Part shown: positions 11,361-23,504 of the stretch, piece after piece
Position numbering within the stretch: position 1 is the first letter of the stretch
How the letters are laid out: the number at the start of each line of letters is the position of its first letter
Notes under the pieces: model-generated
The model's database searches: none
The model's input: the letters and a program-made list of their open reading frames with translations, nothing else
What the model was told of the DNA's origin: nothing
Assembly (NCBI GenBank): GCA_965644265.1
Contig: OZ286474.1
Location: 77,996,001 to 78,060,000, forward strand
DNA from: Glycera tridactyla
Taxonomy: Eukaryota
Direction: 5' to 3'
DNA: 64,000 nt
Made by a program: the position numbers and the translations under genes

Positions 11361-12750
11361 GTGATTGTATGTGTTCGTGTGTATATGTTATGTGCCTGAG
11401 CTCTCGTGTGTGGGACATGCCTGAATATATGTGTCTATAAAGAGATGCAGAGGCAGTGATANNNNNNNNNNNNNNNNNNNNNNNNNNNNNNNNNNNNNNN
11501 NNNNNNNNNNNNNNNNNNNNNNNNNNNNNNNNNNNNNNNNNNNNNNNNNNNNNNNNNNNNNNNNNNNNNNNNNNNNNNNNNNNNNNNNNNNNNNNNNNNN
11601 NNNNNNNNNNNNNNNNNNNNNNNNNNNNNNNNNNNNNNNNNNNNNNNNNNNNNNNNNNNNNNNNNNNNNNNNNNNNNNNNNNNNNNNNNNNNNNNNNNNN
11701 NNNNNNNNNNNNNNNNNNNNNNNNNNNNNNNNNNNNNNNNNNNNNNNNNNNNNNNNNNNNNNNNNNNNNNNNNNNNNNNNNNNNNNNNNNNNNNNNNNNN
11801 NNNNNNNNNNNNNNNNNNNNNNNNNNNNNNNNNNNNNNNNNNNNNNNTGTTGATTGCTAGGACGGCATCTTGTAGAGATGGGTGGGATGCTAGGGAGGCT
11901 GGACGGAGAAGATGGATGGAAGGTTGACATGTCGTGCACAATCAGTGGCAAACTAATCTTTTAGAGCCATCCTACAGACTACTACAATTTGTTGTGTCGT
12001 TCGGGGCCACTTGTTACGAGCCACGTACTCAAGCCAAACAATTCTGTCAATTCTGCTCAACCAGATACTCAATCAACTCCCACGTGAGCTACTCGACCTG
12101 TGAGCCTCCTGGAAAAGTCCATTCACATCAAAACAGATATATTAATGACCCAATACTCTGTCAGAATGGAGAGCTTATTTCGATAGACTGATGATATAGT
12201 GTCCCCTTCCTCATTCCCTTTTTTTGTTTCTCTGATCATCGAATTTATTGCGTTATTGGTCTGGAAATGAAACCTGCAATTTAATACAAGCATTAAGGAT
12301 ACATTTCACATTCTCCATTGACTTTTTTCCCGTACTATCATAGTTCTGATATATTGCACCGAGAATTCAGACAGTCCATGCGTCCTGAAAAGGGGTGTGC
12401 TCACCTGACATTCATAGGATGAATCTGCTGACCTCCGTGTATGATATCCAATGCCTGTCCCAATAAACTACGTAAAATGTACATGTTCTGCACTCTAAAA
12501 GCCAAATACCAGGTCCACCTTACTACATTCCCAAATTTTGACTATTGCCACAATTCCTAGGATCAATTTCAATCCGATGTTATGAGCATCGCAAGAGTGA
12601 AAGCATATCTATCAGGTTCAGAATTTATGAGCCTCGGTCGATTTTGATCGAATCAATCGTGTACCTGGACCAAAGGGCTCCGAAAATTAAATGTACTGCG
12701 AGTAGGTTCATGCATGATATTATACTGGTCAATTTGAGCGGAACATACTT

Positions 12751-13050
12751 ATTCAATTCAATTCAATTCAATAAACTTTATTTTCTCTCATTAGTGAAAA
12801 TAAGTACAGATGTGCAGTCATCCTAATGGATTTCTACAGAACATATATACATTGTTTACAAAGTACGATGAGTCAAAGACCTCTCATTCACCCATATATG
12901 TCCAAAATAGATACCATTTATCCTCAACAATAAACTTTCACGCACACATTTAATCTCATCCGTACCTAGTTTCTTTGAGTTTAACGTGATATGGGTTTGG
13001 AGGTTTTGTGATTCCATAGATTGGGTAGAGGATAAGTAATGCTTATCGGA
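12751..13050 (-). mobile_element. 3' remnant of a CR1/L2-like non-LTR retrotransposon
   Basis: The minus strand ends ...gagaaaataaagtttattgaattgaattgaattgaat, an AATAAA followed by a 5-bp tandem tail. Upstream, broken frames read P-N-L-W-N and T-L-N-S-K-K-L, resembling the LWNSLP...LNSFKKKL C-terminus of CR1/L2 reverse transcriptase ORFs. Confidence 0.55.
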
Positions 13051-13082
13051 ACTACTCATGCTTATATACAGGTTTGCCAGTA

Positions 13083-13198
13083 CAAATCGAACCAATGGGG
13101 GACTGACAGGGTGCGGGATTTGTACAGACAGAGTCAGAAGATCTTGCATGAGGCAGGTTCTTGATCAGTATAAGGCATGCTTAGGACAGGTTCGACTG
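13083..13198. mobile_element. Partial MITE carrying the same terminal repeat as 9116-9293
   Basis: It ends acaggttcgactg|TA (13186-13200), identical to the right TIR of the 9116 element. A possible degenerate left TIR, tacaaatcgaacc, lies at ~13081. The internal sequence differs. Confidence 0.55.
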
Positions 13199-13788
13199 TA
13201 CAGTCAGACGGATGTGAGTAATGGTAAAGGAGGGTGACCTTTACAGTTGTCGGGAAAGGCGAGGTTGAATCTGTTTGATGGATGGACAATCGCTGGCACA
13301 CCTGGGACTAGCAACATGCTGCAGCTACGATGGTTACAGATAGAGAAGACATATAGACTGTGTGTGAATGGCTGGATTCTCCAGAGAGACCGCCACGACA
13401 GGCATATACACCAACAGATGGGATAGAGAGTGAGCAGAGAGAGAATCTTTTTGAGTGATACAGAGNNNNNNNNNNNNNNNNNNNNNNNNNNNNNNNNNNN
13501 NNNNNNNNNNNNNNNNNNNNNNNNNNNNNNNNNNNNNNNNNNNNNNNNNNNNNNNNNNNNNNNNNNNNNNNNNNNNNNNNNNNNNNNNNNNNNNNNNNNN
13601 NNNNNNNNNNNNNNNNNNNNNNNNNNNNNNNNNNNNNNNNNNNNNNNNNNNNNNNNNNNNNNNNNNNNNNNNNNNNNNNNNNNNNNNNNNNNNNNNNNNN
13701 NNNNNNNNNNNNNNNNNNNNNNNNNNNNNNNNNNNNNNNNNNNNNNNNNNNNNNNNNNNNNNNNNNNNNNNNNNNNNNNNNNNNNNNN

Positions 13789-13807
13789 GTCATCGTCATC
13801 GTCATCG

Positions 13808-13848
<41 letters not shown>
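13789..13848. repeat. (GTC/ATC)n microsatellite next to an N run
   Basis: Read directly from the sequence; it explains the poly-D, poly-M, poly-S and poly-H ORFs here. Confidence 0.95.
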
Positions 13849-13849
<1 letters not shown>

Positions 13850-14446
13850 GTGTAAGTGATTGACGGTTCAAATCCCACTGAGTATCCATGATATGATATA
13901 GTGAATTTATCGATGGTGAACTGAGTATCCATAATCGATTATGGTGAATTTATCGATGGTATATCCGACCTGAAAGAGATCAAACCAAATCATCTGAATC
14001 TGGATTTACCTATCAAATACATATCTAATTGTGTACCTGTCTGTGAGCTGGCAGTGAAGCACGATAGCGATGAATTCATCATGATGAACTATGCTCAGAA
14101 AGTTGAATATGGGGAACCCATGGTACCTATATTGTGAAGGACAGGATTGTGAGTGTGTGATATGTAGCCAGAGGCTGTAAAGAGAGATTGAGATGTGGAA
14201 AGATGGCAGTCCTGTGATAGTGGAGAGATATGGGTGTGTGTTTCTAGCTGTGATACATAATAGATGTGTTGATGGGAGCTGGGTATGACTATGATAGGTG
14301 CGGCTGACGCTGATGAGACAAAGACTGATGGCGCTAGCTCTCCTCAACCTCAGCAAAAATCTCCTGGCCCTAACTGCATGATACACGCTGCTATGAGATA
14401 TTGCCGGCTATACCAGATGTGATATATCATCTCAACGTGTCATACT

Positions 14447-14983
14447 CAACACTCCATGTAGCCAGCAGGGGATTAACCCAATCAAAGGCTTCAGGATAAG
14501 TACCAAACATTCCATGTAGCCAGCAGGGGATCAACCAAATCAGAGGCTTCAGAATAGGTACCAAACACTCCTTGTAGCCAGCAGGGGATTAACCCAATCA
14601 AAGGCTTCAAGATAGTCACCAAACACTCCATGTAGTCAGCAGGGGATCAACCAAATCAGAGACTTCAGGATAGGTACCAAACACTCCAAGGAGCCAGCAG
14701 AGGAATAACCAAATCAGAGGCTTCAGGATAGGTACCAAACGCTCCAAGGAGCCAGAAGGGGATTAACCAAATCAGAGGCTTCAGGATAGTTACCAAACAT
14801 CAAATGTAGCCAGCACGGGATTAACCAAATCAGAGGCTTCAGGGTAGGTACCAAACACCCTATATAGCCAGCAAGGGGATTAACCAAATCAGAGGCTTCA
14901 GGATAGGTACCAAACACTCCATGTAGCCAGCAGGGGATTAACCAAACCAGAGGCTTCGGGATAGGTGGCTGGCTGGCTGGTTG
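14447..14983. repeat. 58-bp tandem minisatellite, about 9 copies
   Basis: The unit is approximately gtagccagcaggggattaaccaaatcagaggcttcaggataggtaccaaacactccat. Units start at 14458, 14516, 14574, 14632, 14690, 14748, 14806, 14864 and 14923. Confidence 0.97.
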
Positions 14984-16267
14984 GTATTTTGTCAGGTTGC
15001 CTGTTTCACGTCCCCTGAGCACCATCTGGTCGTAATTGAAACTGGGCATGGTGGGGAGATGTCAATGTAGCATGGGAATCGCTCAGTTGGCTGGTTTCAT
15101 TTTGTCATATTTTTTTGGAAATGTAAGGGTATAGACATGGCAACAAAACATGCAGATACTGATGAAAGTCTGATCTAATTTCAGATTTTGCGAGATGTGA
15201 TCTCCCGTGATATTGAAAAATGATAGCGACAATCATTTATTGCAAGTCCTTTCATCGCACGGTGGTATAACCCCTTTGTGATTCGTTCAAGATGGGAATA
15301 TCACACAGGAGGCAAGAGTAACGTTTTTCTCCGTCCTTGTCGATGTCAGGACTTCGGACGAATCCATGGGTATCATCATCACTCGAATTCAATATGGGTC
15401 GCAGATATCGTGCGATAAATCGAGTTTCTACTTCTCGTGGATGCCGTATAATGATGATATATCATCGGGTAGTATGGAGGAAGTTAGAATTCTCAATAGT
15501 GCACCTTGTCAACATATCAGATTTTCATCAAATCAGGCGCATATACGGATTCATTCAGGTGGAATGAACAGAATATACTCCGATATATCACATTCCATGA
15601 ATGCCTCTCAACGTCTGGCAGGATGCTAGTGTATAATATCAACGGCTATTCGAATCCGAACCAAATTTTCGAAATCTACGGATTTTTTTTTCATCCTATC
15701 ACCAGCGGAGGAGCTATACTGAGATTTTAATCCAAATTGCGACTTCTTCGTCTGTGACTTCAGAGAAGGAAATTACCAAAATTCACATGTCAGATTCATC
15801 AGGATAAACCTGTCTGGCCTATCGCTTCATAAGTAGTTGGGTTGTGCGGGTGTAGATTTTTCGGCGTGACTGGGATAGTCTCCCAAACACGATCACATGT
15901 GATATATAACTGCTAGGTGTGTTACATCCTGCACAAGACATAACATAAATACCATCAGGAGAACTGCCTAGCCTCTTCAGAAATATTCCGTTTGGAGAAA
16001 CGCGCATCATCACTGTCCACATCTGAATCATCTTCTGATGATCGTTTGATAAGTCAATCATCTATTTTCGCGTCATTCGAGGTTAGATCAAGCATGACTG
16101 ATGAATATTATTCCTGTAAAAGCCATAGCGTTCCGATGGAAGGTGTTTTGAAAAGATTTCTTAGCCCTGCCTATTTTCTCTGCTCATCTACACAGACGGG
16201 TCTTGCAAACTTTTTTCGAGTTCACAGTTTCAGTCCTTGTGGCTCTCATCGAAACTATTCCAGTCTC

Positions 16268-16353
16268 ATATCCTTGTAAATTGGCTTTGTGGATTCCATA
16301 AGAATTGACTTCTTATATCCTTGTAAATTGGTTTTGTGGATTCCATAAGAATT
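16268..16353. repeat. Local tandem duplication, 47-bp period
   Basis: atatccttgtaaattggc/ttttgtggattccataagaatt occurs at 16268 and 16315 with 1 mismatch. Confidence 0.92.
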
Positions 16354-18308
16354 TGTTAAGTATGTCATCCTTGCAAGTTGGACAGCGATTGTGATGACAT
16401 CAGTGTTGTTCAGGGTTTTCCAGCTTTCATGATTTCACTGCTCTAGCACCATCATCCTCCACCGATAGGATACGTATCCTCACATGGAAGATTACACTTG
16501 ACCCTGGTTATGAGGACTCCTGTCTGGAGAGTACAGTTCAGGGTGGATACAAAGAAGCAATCCATCTCCGTGATCTGGCAGAATAACTGGGAGCGCCTTC
16601 TCAGTAATCCCGGGAGAAATGAGGTTTTACTGACTATTGCCACAAGGCTAATCCCCTTGATCTTGGCTGACGGTGACGTCACCATCACAGACCAAGGGCC
16701 CATTTCACTAACATTGGGTCCACTCATAATTGCGTCAGTACTCTTGATCACCATGGTGTTTTGAGAAGACCATGGTGATTCGAAACTGTGACAAATTTTG
16801 GCGACCGATGAATTTCAATCAAATTTCCGAAAATATGTCAGTGAGAAATTATATCAATCTTTCCAGTTTATTTAAGATTATACATTACAATATGAGGAAA
16901 AACGACCTCGACCACGTCATGGAATAGGAAGTAGAAATCTGTATCAATGATCATACGAACAAGAGATGATTTGTTCTAGGTTAGATGACACTTCGGCGAA
17001 ACTCATGATGATTTTATCAGTCAAATACAGGATCTGATGAATAGTGAATTGGATCATAAAACAACCACTGCTAGTGAATAGGAGGAGTTTGTTGAGTTTT
17101 GTGCACATGAATTAGTTATATAAGGAGAACACTTTGCATTTGAGGATGGAGACGATGCAACGACGACGGAAATAATACACTCTGGTTACTCTGTGGCTAT
17201 CTGTGAAAGCAGGAAAAGGCGGCCGTGATTTGTGGGTAATATTGATGTTTTAGGGAATAATATACTTTTGATCGTTGGCCACTAGGCAGGCAGGCAGAGA
17301 GACAAATCGATAACAATTCCCGACATTCCCAAAGTAAGCAGTCCGCCATGGACCCAACAGACATAACTCCTGATCGCCCCACTAACTTGCCTAGCTATTG
17401 ACCTACATAAATCCTGATAGCACCCCCTCCCCCAACGAAAGAAATATCCTCTAGCACCACAACTATAGTAGATATGACTTTACAGGCAGTGTCTGGGTCC
17501 TTTATGACCCAAACCGTTCTTGTTAATTCAGTGGAAGATCCTATAGTGACACGTCACACGAAACACTGATATGTAATTCATTATAGTCTTGTAGTGAAAG
17601 ATCGACCTGTAGCATGGACATGTCTTGCATTATGGAGCTGTGAAATGTGGCATATACTAGCAGTAGTTGTATGATAGCATTGGTTAAAACTATGAATTAA
17701 GATCCTGCTCGGATGATGATCAGAATGAACAATATCGGCTACTCCAGATCTGCACCATTACATAGATCTATCTGCTTCAATACTAGACTCCTCCTAGGTG
17801 AGGATTAGTACTTGTCCCTCGGCGGTGATGGTCATTGTAAGGTGTTCAGGGCATGCAGGTAATTCTGTGTATGTAGTTATGTTCTACCCACAGAGAAGAG
17901 AGAAGTTCAAGATCAAGCATGCTTCCCAAGGAATGTAATTCTTAACTCGGGTGAGCATATATGTGAATCATGACATAGATATATATAGTCACCATACCAC
18001 TAAGCATGCGTTATCATAGGTCAATCCAGTTATCGCGAACATGCATGCATTCGAAGACAGATATGAATCTATTCAGTAGATCGTGAATGAACAAACAAGT
18101 AGAGTATGGAGCTGCAGGTCTAGAGCGAGATCAGCAAGGAACGGTCAATGCGGGAGTCCTCATTTTTATACAATGTCGTGCATCGTGATACACCTTGGTA
18201 AATCCACAAGTCAGAAATGTCATACTACTTGAGAACTTACCTATTTACCCATCATACGGATCACTGATGATTCAGCCGATCCACATAGTTCTGAAGATAG
18301 ACAGTATA

Positions 18309-18408
18309 CAGTAAAACATGTCTATAGTGAAAAGTCACGGGCAAGAATTTTTTTCACAGTAGACAGGATTTCACTGTGGACAGGATTACACTATAGCAGG
18401 TGTTACTG
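18309..18408. mobile_element. 100-bp MITE, Tc1/mariner-type
   Basis: TA|cagtaaaacatgtctatagtg ... cactatagcaggtgttactg|TA, with imperfect ~20-bp TIRs and a TA duplication on both sides. Confidence 0.82.
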
Positions 18409-18749
18409 TATATTGTAAATCATGAGAAGAAGGCTCGGGAGGTTGGATGGTGAGAATATATAGGTTTCGGGTGGTACTCGTTTTGATCTATTTCACGAGA
18501 AGGAGATGAGGCGCTGGATGTATATAGGGCCTTGATCTCATTTTGATAGAGGAAGTGGCATTGAGCATCTCCTCACCTGAGCGTCATATCCCAGCAGACA
18601 GGTTATATCCGGCATTCCCTGACACCCATGCTCGAATCACACCAAGCCGGCTCCAGCCAGACTCATGCTTCCTGCCATTGTCAATGCTTGCCCGACCCGA
18701 GATTCATGTCATCGAGTATGCATCACAGTCAAGTCAACTTATTTTGTGA

Positions 18750-19661
18750 CCCTTCTTTTTCACGATTTTTCCGCGAAAATGCGCCATCAGTTTTCGCTAC
18801 TTTGTAATTGTATATGACTGATGAAAAAAATCAATGCACAACTCATGTCATTAATGCAGTTTCGGCTGCATTTATGGCCGGCAGTGACACATGCTGGGGA
18901 TTCTCATTTTTCAACATGATCACAGGGAATGATCTCAAGATCAATGTAGTATATGTCCAGAAACATGACTGGGCTTCAAAATAGGTTGGTTCAATTATCT
19001 GTATCCAAGGCTATGGTTGCCATGGCAACCAGCAAAGTGAGAATTCTCTCTAAAATCATACATTTTGTAATTTCGCCATGAGTTTCCAGGTGATAGTTAT
19101 GAATGTTTCATGTAATTATATTCAGATACTTGGCCTCTAACAGATCCCATGGGGGCTACTTGAATTCCCTTGCAGATTTTACAATTTTCAATGACATATG
19201 CCCTCTGATATTGAAAAATAACCCTTTTCCCACCTTTATTCCATGATATCATGGAAAATATTCAGAAATCTCAGTAGCCCCCCTTATGAACTGATAGAGA
19301 CCTCCAAGATGAACAAAACCCTGTGCTCTTTTTGTATGTAACCCCCCAGGGCTCATTCCGGATTTCAAAAATGTGTGATTTCAGGTGAAAATCCTTGGTT
19401 GCCATGGTTGCCATGGCAACCAAACTCTGAACTGATTTGTCAAACTCTGCTCAAATAAATGCTGATCCTTTCAAGTCATATAATGATCAGGAAAGTGTCA
19501 TGTAAGAGAAAGATATTCCTGCTCAAAATGTGGAATAAACATGGATGGGCAGGATCAGGTTTGAGTATACCATGGATTGCATTAATGACATGAGAATGTA
19601 ACCACTGTTGGGAACTTGACAAACGTGAGAATCCACGATCACGTCATCGAGGGATAAAGGG
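18750..19661. mobile_element. Diverged fold-back (long inverted-arm) non-autonomous DNA element
   Basis: Several motif pairs mirror about ~19218. These are ctcatgtcattaatgca (18842) / tgcattaatgacatgag (19578-19594); GTTGCCATGGCAAC at 19016 and 19407; gaattctctctaaaatcatacattttg (19042) / caaaaatgtgtgatttcaggtgaaaatcc (to 19394); and gggggctact (19151) / agtagccccc (19273). Possible ends are ccctt...aaggg. The TSD is not preserved, so the exact termini are uncertain. Confidence 0.75.
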
Positions 19662-21929
19662 TTGTGTTACAGGTGACAGGGAATCCCCTTATTGTTTTTT
19701 GTAGGTATCCCCTTACTCGATGCATTTTCGAGTGAGAAATCTGGAAAATACTGAGGTCGAAAGGTGAGAGAGTTCTAAGTCGCACCCTCTTCATATAGGA
19801 GCACGAATAAGCCAAAGGGCCAAGTTCTGGGATAGTTGTTAATATGTGTCTGTTGCATGGCACAATGAAGTCTGGGAAATTATTCTCACGCTAGCAGCGT
19901 GATCATTCAATTGCTCACTTGTCTATTTTCATCTCAATACTCGGAATATGTCGCTAGATCACAGGCGAGGGTTGCGCCCTCATTCAATAATTCTACCGAA
20001 ATTAGCGGCAGAGGCACTATATGAATGCGAAGTATTGACAACCAATCATCTTCGTAAGACATATACAGTACCCTCCTCTATCAAAACTTGAATCGGAAGG
20101 GGATGGCAGAGCGGGCGGGTGAATACTCACCATCATACTCGGGTGATTTGAATGACTTTAGGTGCCTGTCAGACACAGAAGAAAGAAATCAGGAAATTGT
20201 GCTTGTTCGATTAGTCCAGTCTATTGTCAGTATTATACAGTCATCATCAGACAGAGGCATGGGGAATAAGCATAGCGCCTGTGACTGGGAGGTGAAGATG
20301 AAAACCGTCATGACTGACTCTAGAGGTTTCTCAGTTGACTTCTCTTCCGGCGGAACTATTATAACTCCTACTCCCTAAAGAAATCTAGAAAATGGGCGCT
20401 TGCTATATATGAGAAATAGATCTATGCATGATTATCGCACATTGAGTGCAGTACAAGTGGCATTACAGCACGAGTTATACATTGAGATTGACTAGACGGA
20501 AAATGAAAGGGATAAGTTTGATCTTTCCATAGATGCGGCTGTAGCTGTAGCTGTGGCTTTGGCTGTAGATCTTGCAACCAACGAACTCTGATTGAATCCC
20601 GAACTCTCGCCTCTTGTGTTTGCATGATGCATAGGTACGTTTGCTGATATATCATCTAAGTATTGTGATTCACAGAGATGTGAACTGCGTGTGAACACTA
20701 TCCAGATTGCAACCTTTATGAGAACTCCTGTCACAGGCGTGACGTCAGTAGGAGTTTCGGGCTGGTGAGCACTATATGTTCTAGTTGGTATTAGTCCTTA
20801 TATCGTATGCAGGGGAGATGCGAGTAAGATGAGAACAGTTGCATGTCCACCGGCCCTTCAGCTTTTTCCTCGAGTGTCCATCGCAGTTCACAGCCTTGTA
20901 GAGCTCCGTGAGCAAGCTAGTGAGCACGTGCTCACGCACCTCTCACAGGTGTCAACACGCATTATCGCCTACCTACCAATGCATCCTTCAACGAGTGCCA
21001 GGTTATACATACTGAGTATGTCAGTTCTGATGATAACGTGTTCTTTCGTCTTGTCGGGACACATCACCCCCAAACTTATGAGAAACGATGGAACTCGAAG
21101 AGTTAACAAGATTGAAAACTTGATGCATACCCGAGAAGGGGGCCTATTAGCTGATCTTCCTCTCCATCGAATCTAAATAATATGCAAAATATATATCTCT
21201 AGATAATTAAATTCCTCCAATTTTGATTTTGTTGGTCTAGGTCTTTCATCGCGTTCACTTGAATTAACAGAATGCAGGTTCAACCAATCGATCTGATTTA
21301 CCAATCATCCATAGTCATTTCATGATGATGTTGAAATTGTATATTACGAGTTGTCCATGTGAACATCTGAGTTTCTCGACGTGTGATTTTGCTCTCAAAC
21401 TCTCGGGGTCGGGAAGTGACCTAAAGCGCGGTATATCAGCTCCAGAAACCCACCAAAAACAACTCCTGTCATATGTGGACACATACCAGCTCATAGGGAT
21501 CGCGGGAATTTTTATCAGGCATTTCGAGAATAAATGATTTAGACGAAGGGGGTCGAAAAGTCAACCTACTCACATAGTGAGACAAGGTCGATGTTGCTTC
21601 GGTATTCCCCTGCTATTTCCATAGTACCGTCAGAACAGCCACAGCCGTAGAGCGAAAGAGATAACCTTCGAGGGCAGGGATTCCTTTCTTGTGAACACCG
21701 CAATCCTACCGAGATATGCAAGTATATTTCCCGTAACCCCATATCGTAGGAATTTCTCCATGAAATATTGAGGAATTAGGCTGTAATGGAGAAAAGCAAA
21801 TGGCGGGGCACAGGTTTGCATAAGTTCTCCCTGAAGTATGTTCTATGTGTGAAATGGTAGATAGGGCCTGCCATAACATCTCGCGGTTGCTCATGCCTTC
21901 AGACAGATGTCTGCACTGATCGTGCTTAC

Positions 21930-22011
21930 AGTAAAATGGCCTTAAAATGTCCATGTCATTTTTAAGGATGCCTGCCTTGCGGGCATCCTTCTTCTTACCA
22001 CTCGTTTGGGA
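21930..22011 (-). CDS. Possible internal exon, product unknown (SQTSGKKKDARKAGILKNDMDILRPFY)
   Basis: It is bounded by ttttttgtcatctaaactgcag| and |gtaagc, and one frame is open. No family is recognised and it overlaps two hairpins, so it may be non-coding. Confidence 0.2.
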
Positions 22012-23303
22012 CTGCAGTTTAGATGACAAAAAATGGCACACATTTTAACATTTTTTTGGGGTAGTTATTTCTGCAATTGCCGATTGATCGATTGATTGGT
22101 CGATTGGTTGATTGCCATCTTTCTGAACCTATTTCGTATAGATACAGGGCGATAATTCAAAAATAGGAGAGCATTCAACAGGATCATGATATGTATATGT
22201 GAATATACTGATGCGCAGTCTCATAACCTCAACAAGTTCAACCATTCTATCTGAGTATCCACATACGGCTTGTTGTGACAAATACATTCAATTAGAGATC
22301 GGAATATTGCTAACGTGGCCGAGCGATCAGGGTCCATCTATCGTCCAATAATGAGGATACGTACAACAAACTAGGCGAGGCAGAGAAAGCATACAGTAAG
22401 TTTTATTCGCAGATAATGCAGACGGGCACATCTGGCCACATTAGCAATTACTGTCTGTCGGCATTATGGCGCTATGGCATGCCGCTCTTAATGGAAGCCA
22501 ACACACCTAGTCGAGCGTAAGCGACATATTATGCCGCATTAGTTCATGTCCTCGGCAGCCATCAAGTGAATACCTAATGAGATACCGCCCTTCTCATCTC
22601 CCGCAAATATATTCGATATGGGCCGCGGTCATTGTCTACATTATCTCTGTAGTTGTCAATATCAAAGTAATGCGGTGAATTGTTATGCTGCAGTAGCTGC
22701 TGTCAGATAGTCGCTGTTAGTACTAGTATGGCGCCCAATTAAGTACAATCAGCACGAACATTGTCAATGACACAGGCACCGCCACCATCACCACCATCAA
22801 AGCCACTATGGGCAGATTTGTACTAGGTGAATTCGAGGTATATCACCGAGAAGTGACCGATAGATATTCTTTGATTCCTCACGCCATTCATTGCAACTAC
22901 ATACTGCATGCTACACCTCATTTGATTGGCAACTATATGGGAACAAATGGCTAGAAAATGCTATCACGGAAATTTGTAGATCTATGTGATCACGGTAGAT
23001 GATCACGGTAGACAANNNNNNNNNNNNNNNNNNNNNNNNNNNNNNNNNNNNNNNNNNNNNNNNNNNNNNNNNNNNNNNNNNNNNNNNNNNNNNNNNNNNN
23101 NNNNNNNNNNNNNNNNNNNNNNNNNNNNNNNNNNNNNNNNNNNNNNNNNNNNNNNNNNNNNNNNNNNNNNNNNNNNNNNNNNNNNNNNNNNNNNNNNNNN
23201 NNNNNNNNNNNNNNNNNNNNNNNNNNNNNNNNNNNNNNNNNNNNNNNNNNNNNNNNNNNNNNNNNNNNNNNNNNNNNNNNNNNNNNNNNNNNNNNNNNNN
23301 TCT

Positions 23304-23326
23304 GCTGTAGGTGGCACTAGGTGGAG
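23304..23326 (+). promoter_or_regulatory. Two overlapping CTCF-like motifs
   Basis: gctgtaggtggcactaggtggag contains two TAGGTGG cores. This is a motif match only. Confidence 0.3.
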
Positions 23327-23461
23327 TCTGATGTGATAAGTGAAAGCGCACACCTATCAATAGTGGGTCGATAGGGCGTCATTAGAGTGATAGGCAATGT
23401 TTGTAAGTGAGCAGTGGCTAGTCGATAGATGGGCGCTCAGGCACGACCTATCTTCTCTCCA

Positions 23462-23504
23462 CATTGATCAAACTGCCCACAACTAGGTCCCAACCATCAA
23501 CACT
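23462..23504 (+). repeat. Dispersed repeat copy A (paired with 37154-37196)
   Basis: 38 of 43 positions are identical to 37154-37196. Both copies lie just upstream of an N run. Confidence 0.85.

Noticed and set aside
13204-13932. ORFs spanning N runs (also at 3.3, 6.8, 11.4, 23, 24.6, 27, 37.2, 44.7 and 57.6 kb)
   Set aside because: Their length is an artefact of N codons hiding stops, and the flanking residues are microsatellite translations.
14447-14983. Tandem arrays as CRISPR-like repeats, or as a family shared with the 58-bp array at 8764
   Set aside because: There are no unique spacers and no cas genes, and the context is eukaryotic. The two 58-bp units share only a few bases, so the equal period is treated as coincidence.
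22314-22345. Isolated A-box-like gtggccgagcg (possible tRNA/SINE head)
   Set aside because: No B box, cloverleaf or TSD follows.
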